Shown: positions 35,909 through 47,481 of the stretch, piece after piece
How the letters are laid out: each line of letters begins with the position of its first letter
Numbering within the stretch: position 1 is the stretch's first letter
Source: Cirrosporium novae-zelandiae
Taxonomy: Eukaryota
NCBI GenBank assembly: GCA_026023565.1
Contig: JAPETS010000039.1
Coordinates: 1 to 64,000, forward strand
DNA length: 64,000 bases
Reading direction: 5' to 3'
Notes under the pieces: generated by a model
What the model was told of the DNA's origin: nothing
Databases searched by the model: none
What the model saw: the letters and a program-made list of their open reading frames with translations, nothing else
Made by a program: the position numbers and the translations under genes

Positions 35909-38598
35909 TCATCTCATAATATAGTTGGCTTTTACGCATTTGGGATTCCACAGGTCTTCATCGTCTATTTCCCAAGGAGGAGGATGGCCATATGGTGGTC
36001 CATCTGGTTTATCATAAGGGAGTCTATGTGAATGTCCATTAGCTGCTTTCCTGTAGGGATCTCTGTAAGGAGACGGCGGAGGGCCCCTTGGCATGTCCAT
36101 ATGTATTAATGGCCACATCGGAATGTAGCATTTTTCCTACATAAAGCTATTAGTTTACTGAAAGTTAGAATGAGAATGCTACTTACATCCCATTCGCAAC
36201 GTTCCTCGCATCTTACCCATTCCTGGGCCCAGCCAAGCCAGGCCATCAATTCCTCAACCTCGTTGAGCCAGTCTTTTGCCTCAGGAAGTATGTCGGCACA
36301 GGTATGAGCTGCTGTAATCGGAGAGTTAGTAATAACGAATCATAAAAGTATGGATATTCGACGTGCATTAGGCTTTGTTATGGCAAATAAAACGGTACAC
36401 CAGCGAATAAAAATGAGAAATTCACCTACCAGTTGGATGATTGGATGAGTAAAGTCCATTCCACATTCGTTCAACCGCAAATCCTACATCTATAATCATT
36501 GTGCAAATACCTCCAAGAGTTTCTTCAAATGCAGATATGAGAACGCGTTCTTCAAAGCCCAGAGCAATATCCTGATCAGAGGCTAGCAATCGAGTGTGCT
36601 GATATCGACATCGAGAATATGTTTCTTGGCCAAAAGATGAGGATCGTGTCCATAAGTTTGGAGAATTTTGACTTTGGGGATATTCCAGGAATGGTAAAAG
36701 AAAACTGTGCATTTGAGACCTAACGTTTGATAACCACTGTCGACAAGCCGTATTATTTTGGTTTGTCAAGGAATCAGTGTCGTTTAAGCTTAGCTGAAGT
36801 ATCACGAGGCTGTTTGCATGGCGTTGAACGATCTCATCCGCCAAGTTACTCCAATCAATACCAGTACAGGGTTGCCTGGCTATCTGTGATGAGTTTGAGA
36901 AGCCCAAGTTTGTTAGTGCTCGTTTCGCTGCATCATTCATCAAGGAAGCGTCTGACTGGGAGATTCCGGTTAGACGATGCTGTCGTCGGCGTCGTGTCAA
37001 TGCCTGAAGTGCTATTTTCCTGTTTCTGGAATCCGTAGGACTGTTCCAGAAGCCAAATTTCGTAAGGTTTAGTCGTCGTTGCTCTTCTTCTGACCGCACA
37101 AGCTCCTGGCTTTGAAAAATAGAATTGTAATAGCTTAAGATACCGCACGTTAGAAGCTGTATCCGAGACTCACCAATGGTAGACCCTTCACCAGAAGGGC
37201 CATACCGCCAAGTGGCGCTAATAAACCAACCCCAACCTTGAGATGACAGAAAAGGCTCTCTGTCTGTATCTCCCCTCCAATTTGGGGGTCTAGCAGGATT
37301 TTCTGGATCAATTGAATGGTCCGGATTTGGAGTTTCGCTAGGTAGAGGGTAATATGACTTTGACGCACGGTGCATTAGATCCTGAAAGTATGTAAGCTTC
37401 TAAAAAGGTTCTTAAAAAGAATAAAATCCAGTGTTCGCAATAAACCAAACGAGGGCAAGTGGCTTGAGGATGTCTTATGTCTAGAACATCTTCCTCAGAC
37501 TGCACATCTCAACTTGATCGAGGGGTTGTCAAGAATGGTGGAAACACTGGTGTAAATGTACTGTATAACTATCCACTTATCGACAGCTGTATTAACGAAC
37601 CATCAGGGGAAGTAATAGTTCAAAATGATCCCGGGAAGCTATTCTGGTGAGCACAATCTACATCTAGATTGCTTATTGTAGAGGTCTCTCGGAAAAATGA
37701 AGCTTGACACGTTTTTGTTGAAAGTTTTTGGGGGGGTTAGTAGGTCAGAAGAATGAATACCAGACAAGTATAATTCTTGAGATGGCAACTCGGTTTCCAG
37801 ACAGGCCAGGTTTGGTTTATTGCGGACACTGCTTCAATGACTAGTTTGACTTACCTGATGAGGTACTTCATACGTACGACTCAATTCACTTTCGTCATCT
37901 TGAAGAAGTGGAGCAGTAACATTGAGATGGGATATTAATCGAATCGAAGGGCTTGTAAAATTGCACCAAATCATCTCGAACCCGGCGTTCATTCGTATGA
38001 TTCCTTCAATTCCCCATCCTAAGCCACCAAACCCATTATCTTTAACCCAGTTACAGAGACCCATGGCGCGATCATATTCGTCCCCCAAACCTCTCCATTG
38101 GCCATCGTGCGGCGAACCGGTAGTATTGCCATATAAAAAGACCATTTGAGAATCCATGGCCCCCGCTCCCATTAGAGCAGCAGATTCACCATCAAAATAC
38201 AGGCACCCAACTGGCCGCGTGGTTTGATATATCAACATATGAGAGTTTCGAGTTGATCCCATTATACCATAAGCCATCTCGATATCAAATGAAAACCACT
38301 CTGGGCTTGGGGGTAAACCTTCATCTTGGCGGCCATGGTAGAAATTTGTGAATGACCGGATCTCACAAGGGGCAATGGTGTGGCCATTTGGAAAAAATGT
38401 ATTCGGCCATTGTTGTAGAAGGCCACGAACCGACGCAAAGATATGTGGTGCTGATGAGGAATAATTAAAATGGTATACTGAGGACGGAGGTGTAGCAATG
38501 GAAGGCTGGAGAACTTCTTGTTGATCAGTAAAAGATCTAGCTGCGACAGTAACCCATATTAGCAGCCATATAAATGCCAAATTGCTAATCAATCCCAT
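35909..38598 (-). CDS. Secreted hypothetical protein (~682 aa), 4 exons
   Basis: Exons 38598-37855, 37381-36430, 36311-36187, 36136-35909 splice in frame (2049 nt). Signal peptide MGLISNLAFIWLLIWVTVAA. Motifs LYFDGESAA, GIEGIIRMNAGFEMIWCNF, LMAWLGW, KCYIPMWP. Confidence 0.8.
37429..37831. mobile_element. 403-bp MITE-like element with 22-bp TIRs, inside an intron
   Basis: Left CAGTGTTCGCAATAAACCAAAC (37429-37450) and right GTTTGGTTTATTGCGGACACTG (37810-37831) match at 21/22. No clean target-site duplication. Confidence 0.75.
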
Positions 38599-39251
38599 GA
38601 TTGAAAGGTAGTTGAGGGTCTTAAGCTCTATTCCAAATCTCTCTCAAATCATTTACTGATGAACTAAACAAGACAAACAACAATTGTCATGCTCTAAAAG
38701 ATAACAATAGGTCGAAGAACATTTTAATATAACTATCAATATATAAAGTACAGTAACAATATCGAAGTGAAAGTGATCATCCTTACCTTATCAGCCCAGC
38801 ACTGATAAAAATTGACGCGTCACCTACTTCTGGTAACCAGCACTAGCGCAACTGGCGTCTAAGTTTAATTCAAGCTCCACCTCGGAATTACTATACTGTC
38901 ACAACCGTGTATTTACTAGAGCAAACTAGTATTATAAAAAACAATCATACATCATACATTATCATTCCGGTTGACAGTAGCTTGTCTACAGTATTCACGT
39001 CGTACAATCATTAATGACTATTAAATTTCTCACTTATAACAAACCTGCTACTCAGGGTGATCGTAAAAAGCTACATCAGTAGCTAATTTCTTTCTACAGC
39101 GAGGAAGCCCTGTTTAAACCCCCGACCGGTGCTCCAAAGCTCCAATTGCTTGACCTGCCCCGTATAATTTAATATCGTAATTGGAATTTCTCTTTCCATT
39201 TCATCCTCGTGTGCAAATACATGCAGTCAATCACGGCATTACCCATCCGCA

Positions 39252-40378
39252 TCATGCTTCGCCAAAAAGCCTAGCTGTTATATCCCCAATATATGCTTCC
39301 TCCAACTCGTAGTCCTCTGGGAGGATGATTAGTGATATGTGCTTGGGTAATGCAATGAAACTAGGGAAGAACTCACGGCCGTTCATTCTATCAATACCGA
39401 AGAAGTTGAATGCCTCGACTACTCGTTCAATATCGAAACCCATGCTTACAAATCTGTCGATAAGCTCTCTGTTGTACCCATCGTAACTATATGAAAAGGC
39501 AACGTCAGGTATGATCTTTGCGTAAACACAGTACCTCCAACAAGCGAGAGTTCAAATCAGGTTTAACATAAAGGAACGAGTTACAAGATTAGAACCAAAC
39601 CCTGGACTTGAAGCATAATTAACTAAAGATGTGAAGAATACGTACGCTGCCATGTGTACTGTCGAATCCTGTTCTACTTCCGACGGTATCGGAAATTTCT
39701 CAGTTGTGGGCCCACCGCTGCCCCCTCCCTCATCCTTTTTAGGAGCTCCCGCATATCGCACCGCCCAATCCCTAGCCATTCGATTAAATTCTTCCGGTTC
39801 ATTTATCATCATCTTGGCAACTACAGCATCTTGCGGATCTTTTGGTTCTGGGGTACTTAGAAGTGATTGGAGAGACAGCAGCGCCGACTTGATCGTAAGA
39901 ACCGGCGACCACTGTGTGCTGAGGGTATCAAGGCAGATCATACCCTACAAATCTTGGGTTAGATATCCATTTCACATAATAGCCAGGAGCACAATGAATA
40001 TTGATCCCATGACCAATTATGCGCCGAGCCTCGAGTAAATGAACAACTCCGTACATGCATAGTCTTGATTTGTATGCCACCGGCGCCCCGAGGTGTTTGG
40101 CTGGGGGAGTAAGTACTCACAGTCACGCTGCTGACATTTGGATGCCACACCTGGTTATCGAACCTCATTACTGGTGGACGAAAAGGATATTCATTTGGGA
40201 TTTTGATATCAACTTTGTATGTGCCACCCTCGTAAGGAGTTCCAGGAGGTCCCAAGAAAGAGCCTTTGAGGTGGGTCAAGTCCTCATCGTTTATTGGGGC
40301 GGCAAAGACCTTGGAGGTAGAGTCGGCTTGAATATCGGCCAGTTCCTTTGCGATACGACGAGAACGGTTGGAAGCCAT
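39252..40378 (-). CDS. UBC1: Ubiquitin-conjugating enzyme E2, Ubc1/E2-25K type with C-terminal UBA-like domain (~243 aa), 4 exons
   Basis: Exons 40378-40121, 39944-39646, 39486-39377, 39316-39252. Motifs RRIAKEL, GPPGTPYEGG, YPFRPP, WHPNVSS, catalytic ICLDTL, PEPKDPQDA and UBA-like FVSMGFD. Confidence 0.93.
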
Positions 40379-41188
40379 GGTAGAAGGGCGAGGAATATGA
40401 ATTCAAGTGGAACAAGAGTGTTAAAAATGAGGCGACTCGATGAGGCTCAAATATGGTTCGGGGATGAATAAGGCTATGGGAAGTTCCGGTAAGGCAGCAA
40501 TCTAGAAGGATCTAAAGAACAGGTAGGGGTTAAGTTGACGGATATAACGGTATGGAAGCCACAGCGGAGAAATGGTATGCTATCGAGGGTTTCTAGATGG
40601 GCAAGAATCGAGGTCGAGGTCAAGAAATGAAGAGTCGAAAGGGCAGGAAGCAATGATGCATATAATAGATGGTCAGATGCAATTAGCGAGAGAACGAAGG
40701 ACTAAAGTAATATTTGTTTGTTCGCTATGTGTGACAAGCAAACAAGTAAAAGATTTCGTACAATGCAAGTATTGCAAACTAGAAGTCAACGTGTCGTAGA
40801 CTCGATGGTTGAAAGTTGTTTGAAGTATTGAATGCTTGTTGGATCGTCTTTGACTTTGTACCTTATCGCATCATCGTGATTGCCATTTAGCGCCGACCCA
40901 AATGTAAAGTCTGGGGCCAGAAATGCCCAACCTAAGGCCAAAATACAGACGCCGGATGCCGAACACCAGACGCCAAACGCCAAACCACAGGCGCTCTACC
41001 GCCCACCCGTCGATGCTTGACGTTGCCATATTTGCCTAGAGCTCCAATTTACTGAAAGCCCAGCTGCTTGTAGAGCTGACAAAAACACTTCATTCATCCC
41101 ATCTCATCGCCCCCATCTACACCATCCCTTCAAAGAAGTCCCAACTTGATTGAATTTCGCCCTTACTTGTCCTTGGACGGCTTTTATT

Positions 41189-42815
41189 ATGGTAAGATTA
41201 AGCTATCATTACTCCCGTCATTGATTACAATTATCATACTGTCCAGAGGGTCTCCCGGCGAGTACATTTACTAACAAGTAACATAGGGCCAAAACGCCTC
41301 CAATTTAGGTGGTAATCAACCCGGCGACGGGAAAGGTGACAAAGACAAGAAGGTATGGTCTCTTTACATTGATACTTTGAAACTATACTAATTATTCGTC
41401 ATCTATAGAAGGACAAGCCTAAATATGAGCCTCCTCCACAGCCCACAACCCGTATCGGCCGTAGAAAGAGAAAGGCAGCTGGACCAAATGCCTCCGCCAA
41501 ACTCCCTGCCATTTATCCCACTTCTCGCTGCAAGCTCCGATACCTTCGAATGCAACGTATACACGATCATCTACTATTAGAAGAAGAATATGTTGAAAAT
41601 CAAGAACGCATACGGAAGGCCAAGGCTGTTAGTGAATCAGCTCCAGCGTCAGCGGGTGGTGATTCCGATGCACTTGATCGAAATGCCGATGAACGAGGAC
41701 GCGTTGATGATATGCGTGGGAGCCCTATGGGTGTTGGTAACTTGGAGGAGATGATTGATGATGACCATGCTATCGTCTCTAGCGCAACCGGGCCTGAATA
41801 TTATGTGTCGATCATGTCCTTTGTCGATAAGGACCTACTTGAACCCGGTTCTAGTATTCTGTTACATCATAAATCCGTCTCGGTGGTTGGTGTTCTCACA
41901 GATGATGCTGACCCCCTGGTATCGGTGATGAAGCTTGATAAAGCACCTACCGAATCATACGCAGATATTGGTGGTCTTGAATCTCAGATCCAGGAAGTAC
42001 GAGAAGCTGTAGAACTGCCTCTTCTACACCCTGAACTTTATGAGGAAATGGGTATTAAACCGCCTAAGGGTGTTATTCTTTACGGTGGACCCGGGACGGG
42101 AAAGACTCTTCTTGCAAAGGCTGTTGCAAACCAAACAAGCGCAACCTTCCTTCGTATTGTCGGCAGCGAACTGATCCAGAAATATCTTGGTGATGGACCT
42201 AGGCTTGTTAGACAAATATTCCAAGTAGCTGCTGAACATGCCCCATCTATCGTTTTCATTGATGAAATAGACGCCATTGGTACGAAACGATACGAATCAA
42301 CGTCAGGTGGAGAAAGAGAAGTCCAGCGAACTATGTTGGAACTCTTGAATCAACTGGACGGTTTCGACGACCGAGGTGATGTCAAGGTTATCATGGCGAC
42401 AAACAAGATTGAAACCCTAGATCCTGCTCTCATCCGACCTGGCCGAATTGATCGCAAGATCTTGTTTGAAAATCCCGACCGTAAGCACACCCCTACTTAT
42501 CCCTACCTTATATTCCCCTCCCCCCTCCCTCCTCCCCCAGCTAACCCACTCCCCACAACCACAGAAAACACAAAACGAAAAATTTTCGCCCTCCACACTT
42601 CGAAAATGTCCCTAAACGCCGACGTCGACCTTGACGAATTCGTTGCCCTCAAAGACGACCTCTCTGGCGCCGACATCAAAGCAATCTGCTCAGAAGCCGG
42701 CTTGCGCGCGCTCCGTGAACGGCGTATGCGCGTGCAAATGGCGGATTTCCGGGCCGCGAGAGAAAGCGTCATGAAGACGAAGAGTGAGGGTGAGCCGGAG
42801 GGCCTATATTTGTAG
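41189..42815 (+). CDS. RPT2: 26S proteasome regulatory ATPase subunit 4 / Rpt2 (~463 aa), 4 exons
   Basis: Exons 41189-41191 (ATG only), 41287-41352, 41409-42480, 42565-42815. MGQ start, [16 protein letters not shown], Walker [25 protein letters not shown], and C-terminal HbYX GLYL. Confidence 0.97.
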
Positions 42816-43818
42816 GCGGAAGGCCGGCTTCAGTTGACGTCGATTAAACTGCGAGCGAAGGGTGTAGAAGGTGGTAGAGTATGGGAATGGGGTTGTATAA
42901 TATAGGTTATGTTAGGGGCTCTTAGGAATCAGGAGGCCTAAAGGAGGAGGGGGATGTCTCTTTCTAGGCGTCCGTCCTCTTCTGAACAGTAACCAATCCA
43001 TCCATTAGCAACAAGAAATACGAAACGTTGAAGAAACACCACAATAACTATTGAAAGGAATCCCAATAAATAACAACGTGAATCTGAATTCCGATTTCCA
43101 CACATATACCGTACATACCCATCCATCCATCCCATATACCCACCCCCCTTCCTCCAAAGTTAGCCCCCCCCTAAAAAAATTTAACACATGAAAAACAAAA
43201 TTCCATCATCTACGGACATGTACAACGTCCCATACACCATACACCATACATATTAATATTATAATATATCAAACCCGGACCCGACTTTAAAAATTTAAAA
43301 ACCTCTCAACCCAAGACCATTCATTCCCTTCCACTTCCCTTTCCAAAAATAAAACGCAAATTTCCCTTTTCCTCTTCATCCTAATAATAGCACGCGCATA
43401 ACGCGCCCTCTCTCACGCACACCCACCTCAGGTGAAATAAGCATAACCGAATGGGCCAGCTGGCAAGTAAAGTCCGTCCGTATCGAATCAAGGAACTTTG
43501 AGTACTTGGCACAAAAGCTTGGTCAGGGAAATTATATTTTGGGGGGGGGGGGGGATGGAATTGGTGAGAGAGAGAGAGAAGATGGGAAGGGCTTGGGTGA
43601 TTAATGGAAGGAAGGAACGGAATAGGGAAGGGGAAGGGGCTGACACATTATACATATATATATATATAGATGTATATGTAAGGTGGTCGGGAGGATGGGG
43701 GGAGGTCAGCGAGGATTATTTGATTTCTTTGGTTTCTGGGATCGGATGGATGGGTGGATGGATAGGAGTGTTTTCGGTTGGTCAACAACAAATCCTACCA
43801 TCTCTTTCTTTCTTTCCA

Positions 43819-46074
43819 TCATACCACAGCACTCAACTTACCACCCTTCCCATTCCACTCCTCCCCCTCCTCTTGGAAAAGCAACATCCCCCTCACCCGT
43901 TCCATAACTCCCAAAAAGGCCTCCTTCTCCATCTCAGTCGTGAACTCAATCCTCGCACCGGAAATATATTTGTGACCTTTTTTTTTTTCCTTTTTCTTTT
44001 TTTCAGCTGTTGTTGTTGTGGTTGTTAATAGTGATGATGATGATTTGATAGCAGCAGAAAGAGGAGGACTTCCTGGATCGGTTGCAAGGCTAGGCCTTCG
44101 ACTCGCGCCGAGACCGCCTGGGGGGAGGGCACCACCCTTGGGTGCAAGGGGAATACTTAGCCCGCGAATCCGGACCCATTTATCACCGTCGTCTTTGATC
44201 TTGACGGGGTTTTGCATCGAGTTAACGTAAAAGGCCATATACCCATCTCTGAACTGTGCCGAGTAATGCAGCATAGCAAGCACGTTCCCGGAGTCCTGAT
44301 CCTGCCACAATCTCAGGTTTTCCAATCCGCAGAGCTGTTCTTGGAAGGAAAATGTGTTTTCGATTTTGTTGTCCCAGGTGCGAAGGGTTTTGTTGGTTTT
44401 GACAGAAAGAATAAGTGTTTTGCCCATGAGGGCGTTTTGGAAGAGGGTTGCCGAGTGTTGGTTGTGGAAGACGTAGTTAACCCAGGATGTGGAGTGGATG
44501 TGGAGTGGTTTGGCGTCAATGACCGTGTCGTGGAAGGTAAGGTTCGTGGGGACGCGAATGGAGACTTTTTCTGTGTTGCCCCAGACTGTGTAGGGGATTA
44601 TTTCCTGGTTTTCGCCTAACTCTTGCTGGACACGTGCCTTGCGGTCCTCGCTGAGGGTCCAGATGGAAGTGCTGAAGCGGACGCTTCCGTTAGAAAGCTT
44701 CTGACGATTTGTCGAGATAAAGACCCGAGAGGAGCCAGCGGCTTCGACCATTTTAAGGCCGCCCGGTTCGTCTTCATCTGGCTGTGTGTATTCTACTGTC
44801 TTGGCTGTGACTTCACATAGAATGGCCGTGTCCATAAAGACTGCCTTCTCAAAGGCAGACTGCTCGGCATCTGTAGTTGTATTCCCGGAAATCATGGCGG
44901 GGCTTGGGTCAGCTGGAGTGATCTCGTCGGTGTTGAAATTGAGATGAGACATGGCTTCTGTAGGCTGTATCTCATTAATAGGGATTATAGGAGGTGGGAG
45001 AACCAGGTCAGGAGATTCGGGGCCTTCATAACCGGATGCTTCAGAAAGGCGATGAATTAAAAAACCAGCAGGAGATCTCCCAGAGCTTTTGGAGCCAAAG
45101 TGGTTGGAAGACGTTCGTCGCTTTTGTGTGGGCTCATATTTCGGAAGGTAATCTCCCCATCTGCTAAACCCCTCTGGTGGCGGAAATAACCCAGATTCGC
45201 GATGGTCGTATAACGAATCACGAGAACCAGCACTACGGCATGAGGGAGCTGTAGAATTTCTAGAAGGATATGAATAAGTTGAAACACTGGACCCCATGAG
45301 CTCTGGTGTTTGCGCTGGGGAATCATACCGTTTAGTTAGAGTTGGTGACGTCGGAGATACTAATTGTTCAGAGGGTAGGGAGTTTATTCGACTTTTTGGT
45401 GTCACTGCTAGCGGTGTCTCCCGAGGTGGTGTATAGCTTGTAGTCCTTAACGGCCATTGTGACTTCCCAGAACCTTCAGTAGCAGCAATGTTCATCATGA
45501 GCATGTGAATTTCATCAATCTTGCACCCAATATCACCACCAAGGCTTTCGTGGATATCATCAACTTTATTAGCCATTGGTCCAATGGTCTTTTCAAGTCG
45601 AGATAGAGATTTGCTCTGCAAGGCTTGTATGGTCAAAGAAATAGAGGTTGTGTGCATCTGTAGCATGCTTCTCAATGCTTCAATGTTTCCCCCTTCTGAT
45701 GTCCACAAAATAGTTTTCCAATTTCGGATAAGAACTCTTTTCCACGATCGTTGTACAGTCAGACCATCTTCGGTACGCTTTATTTCTTGATACTGGTTGA
45801 CAAACGAGGTGAGGTTATCTAAACTCTGGTGACATGAACCGACAATTTTATCGTAACCCTCCCTTGTTCTCGAGTCGGCTTGGGCAAGAAGACTATCATC
45901 ACCGTCAAGGGCCTCAGCAAGGCTAGTTAAGGCCTTTGTTAAACTGTTGAGCTCATTTTCAATTTCTTGAAACTCGGTAGGAGCCCCAGTTCGACCCGAG
46001 GTAAAGGCACATCCTATCTTCCAAGCAATTGTTGACAGCATCAAGATGTCTCCAATCGAAGGGACACCTGCCAT
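43819..46074 (-). CDS. Hypothetical protein (751 aa): HeLo-like/SesA-like N-terminal helical domain, disordered middle, beta-rich C-terminal domain
   Basis: Intronless ORF. The N-terminus SIGDILMLSTIAWKIG...APTEFQEIENELNSLTKAL resembles fungal STAND N-terminal domains. No P-loop found. Confidence 0.75.
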   Translation of the reverse strand: MAGVPSIGDILMLSTIAWKIGCAFTSGRTGAPTEFQEIENELNSLTKALTSLAEALDGDDSLLAQADSRTREGYDKIVGSCHQSLDNLTSFVNQYQEIKRTEDGLTVQRSWKRVLIRNWKTILWTSEGGNIEALRSMLQMHTTSISLTIQALQSKSLSRLEKTIGPMANKVDDIHESLGGDIGCKIDEIHMLMMNIAATEGSGKSQWPLRTTSYTPPRETPLAVTPKSRINSLPSEQLVSPTSPTLTKRYDSPAQTPELMGSSVSTYSYPSRNSTAPSCRSAGSRDSLYDHRESGLFPPPEGFSRWGDYLPKYEPTQKRRTSSNHFGSKSSGRSPAGFLIHRLSEASGYEGPESPDLVLPPPIIPINEIQPTEAMSHLNFNTDEITPADPSPAMISGNTTTDAEQSAFEKAVFMDTAILCEVTAKTVEYTQPDEDEPGGLKMVEAAGSSRVFISTNRQKLSNGSVRFSTSIWTLSEDRKARVQQELGENQEIIPYTVWGNTEKVSIRVPTNLTFHDTVIDAKPLHIHSTSWVNYVFHNQHSATLFQNALMGKTLILSVKTNKTLRTWDNKIENTFSFQEQLCGLENLRLWQDQDSGNVLAMLHYSAQFRDGYMAFYVNSMQNPVKIKDDGDKWVRIRGLSIPLAPKGGALPPGGLGASRRPSLATDPGSPPLSAAIKSSSSLLTTTTTTAEKKKKEKKKGHKYISGARIEFTTEMEKEAFLGVMERVRGMLLFQEEGEEWNGKGGKLSAVV

Positions 46075-47481
46075 TTTGAATGGCGGCTATAGACGTGGTA
46101 ATTAGAGTTTTCGAATATGAGAACGACCAAAAGAACAAAGATATCCTTGTATAATTCTTTTATAAGTCGAGTAATATGGTCAATCAAACCCCGAATTAGG
46201 AAGTGATCGGAGAATCTGAAAAAAAGGCTGCAACTAGTAGTTCATAAGTGGGTGCAAGACGGGCACTTCAAATGGTCAGAGCTCCCAGAGCCTCCTTCAG
46301 TCTGTCATACAGAGCCAAGAGTTTCAAGGGCGAGATAACAGCGATGGACAGATAGATAGGACTTAGCTATCAGTATTCAACGTTCATAAAGTTTGGGTTG
46401 CAAAACTTCACTTAAATGTCATATTAAATGGGAGGTTCAAGAGCAAAAACAAACAGGAGCTTAAGGACATGCGGGGATGAGCACGACAGATAGCTCATTT
46501 TCATCCCTCGATCTCAAGCCTCAAATGCCTCACTCCTCGACTAGGAAGCTTACGAGCCCATATCGGAAGATATTGAACCGTGCAGCACGGCAGTGGCATT
46601 GATTCCTAGATCGTAGCTACCCACCATCATCCTTCAAAAACGACTTAATAGGTTCTTTGTGTTTGGCTTGTCCAGTAAGAGACGAGTTTGGGTAACATAG
46701 ACCCTATGGGGCACCCTGTCGCAAGGTAATAGGATGAGCTTTCCCTAGGCTATGTACCTCGTTTATTGACATTATTGGGAATACAAGAGACTGTCGAGGA
46801 TTCAAGGACATCAAGGCAATCAAGAAGACCTAGACATAGCAGTTTTTGTGTCATCAAGGTTGGATGTTAGTGGAGCCAATTGCTGTTGAGAGTTTAGGAA
46901 CGTGCCGGCCAGGGGGTTTAAACTAGCTGTCACCAGTTCACGTGCTAACTGTTGACCTAACCGTCCACGTACCGTCAATAGTCTATTCTAAAAGCATTTA
47001 AGCATTTTGACTCCCCTTAACTCGACATTTAGTGCATCTTTAATTACAGTATTCAAGATCCTTGGAAGTGCAACCCAATAAGCTTGAATCAGGGCAAAGA
47101 TATATATTCACATTGAATAATTATTAGGGCATGGAAGCCTATCCTATGGCCAGGGTCATGTATGTTGTGGTTCTTGTTCGTAGTAATCGTCCTAAAGTAT
47201 CCCATCATGAGAATTGAGAAACTCCTATCTTCCCAAATAATGCATTGGTGCACATGCATGCCCTGAGATATATACCCAGACCGACGCTATGCCCCATCAA
47301 TTGATTCAAAGTCGGCTTTTTTCATCGCCAAAAGCAACCCGCTGTCCCACTAGCCAGACAACTCCTGTACGAATATGATAAAAACCAAAATTTAACTTAG
47401 TTCTTAGACTCCGTCCTCCGATTATCTTTACTTGAACGTCTCCCCGAAATTTCAGATACAAATGCAATTATCAATCGAAGA

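Noticed and set aside
39487..40120. snoRNAs in the two longer UBC1 introns (159 and 176 nt)
   Set aside because: No clear C/D box pair or H/ACA double hairpin by eye. An Infernal/Rfam search is needed.
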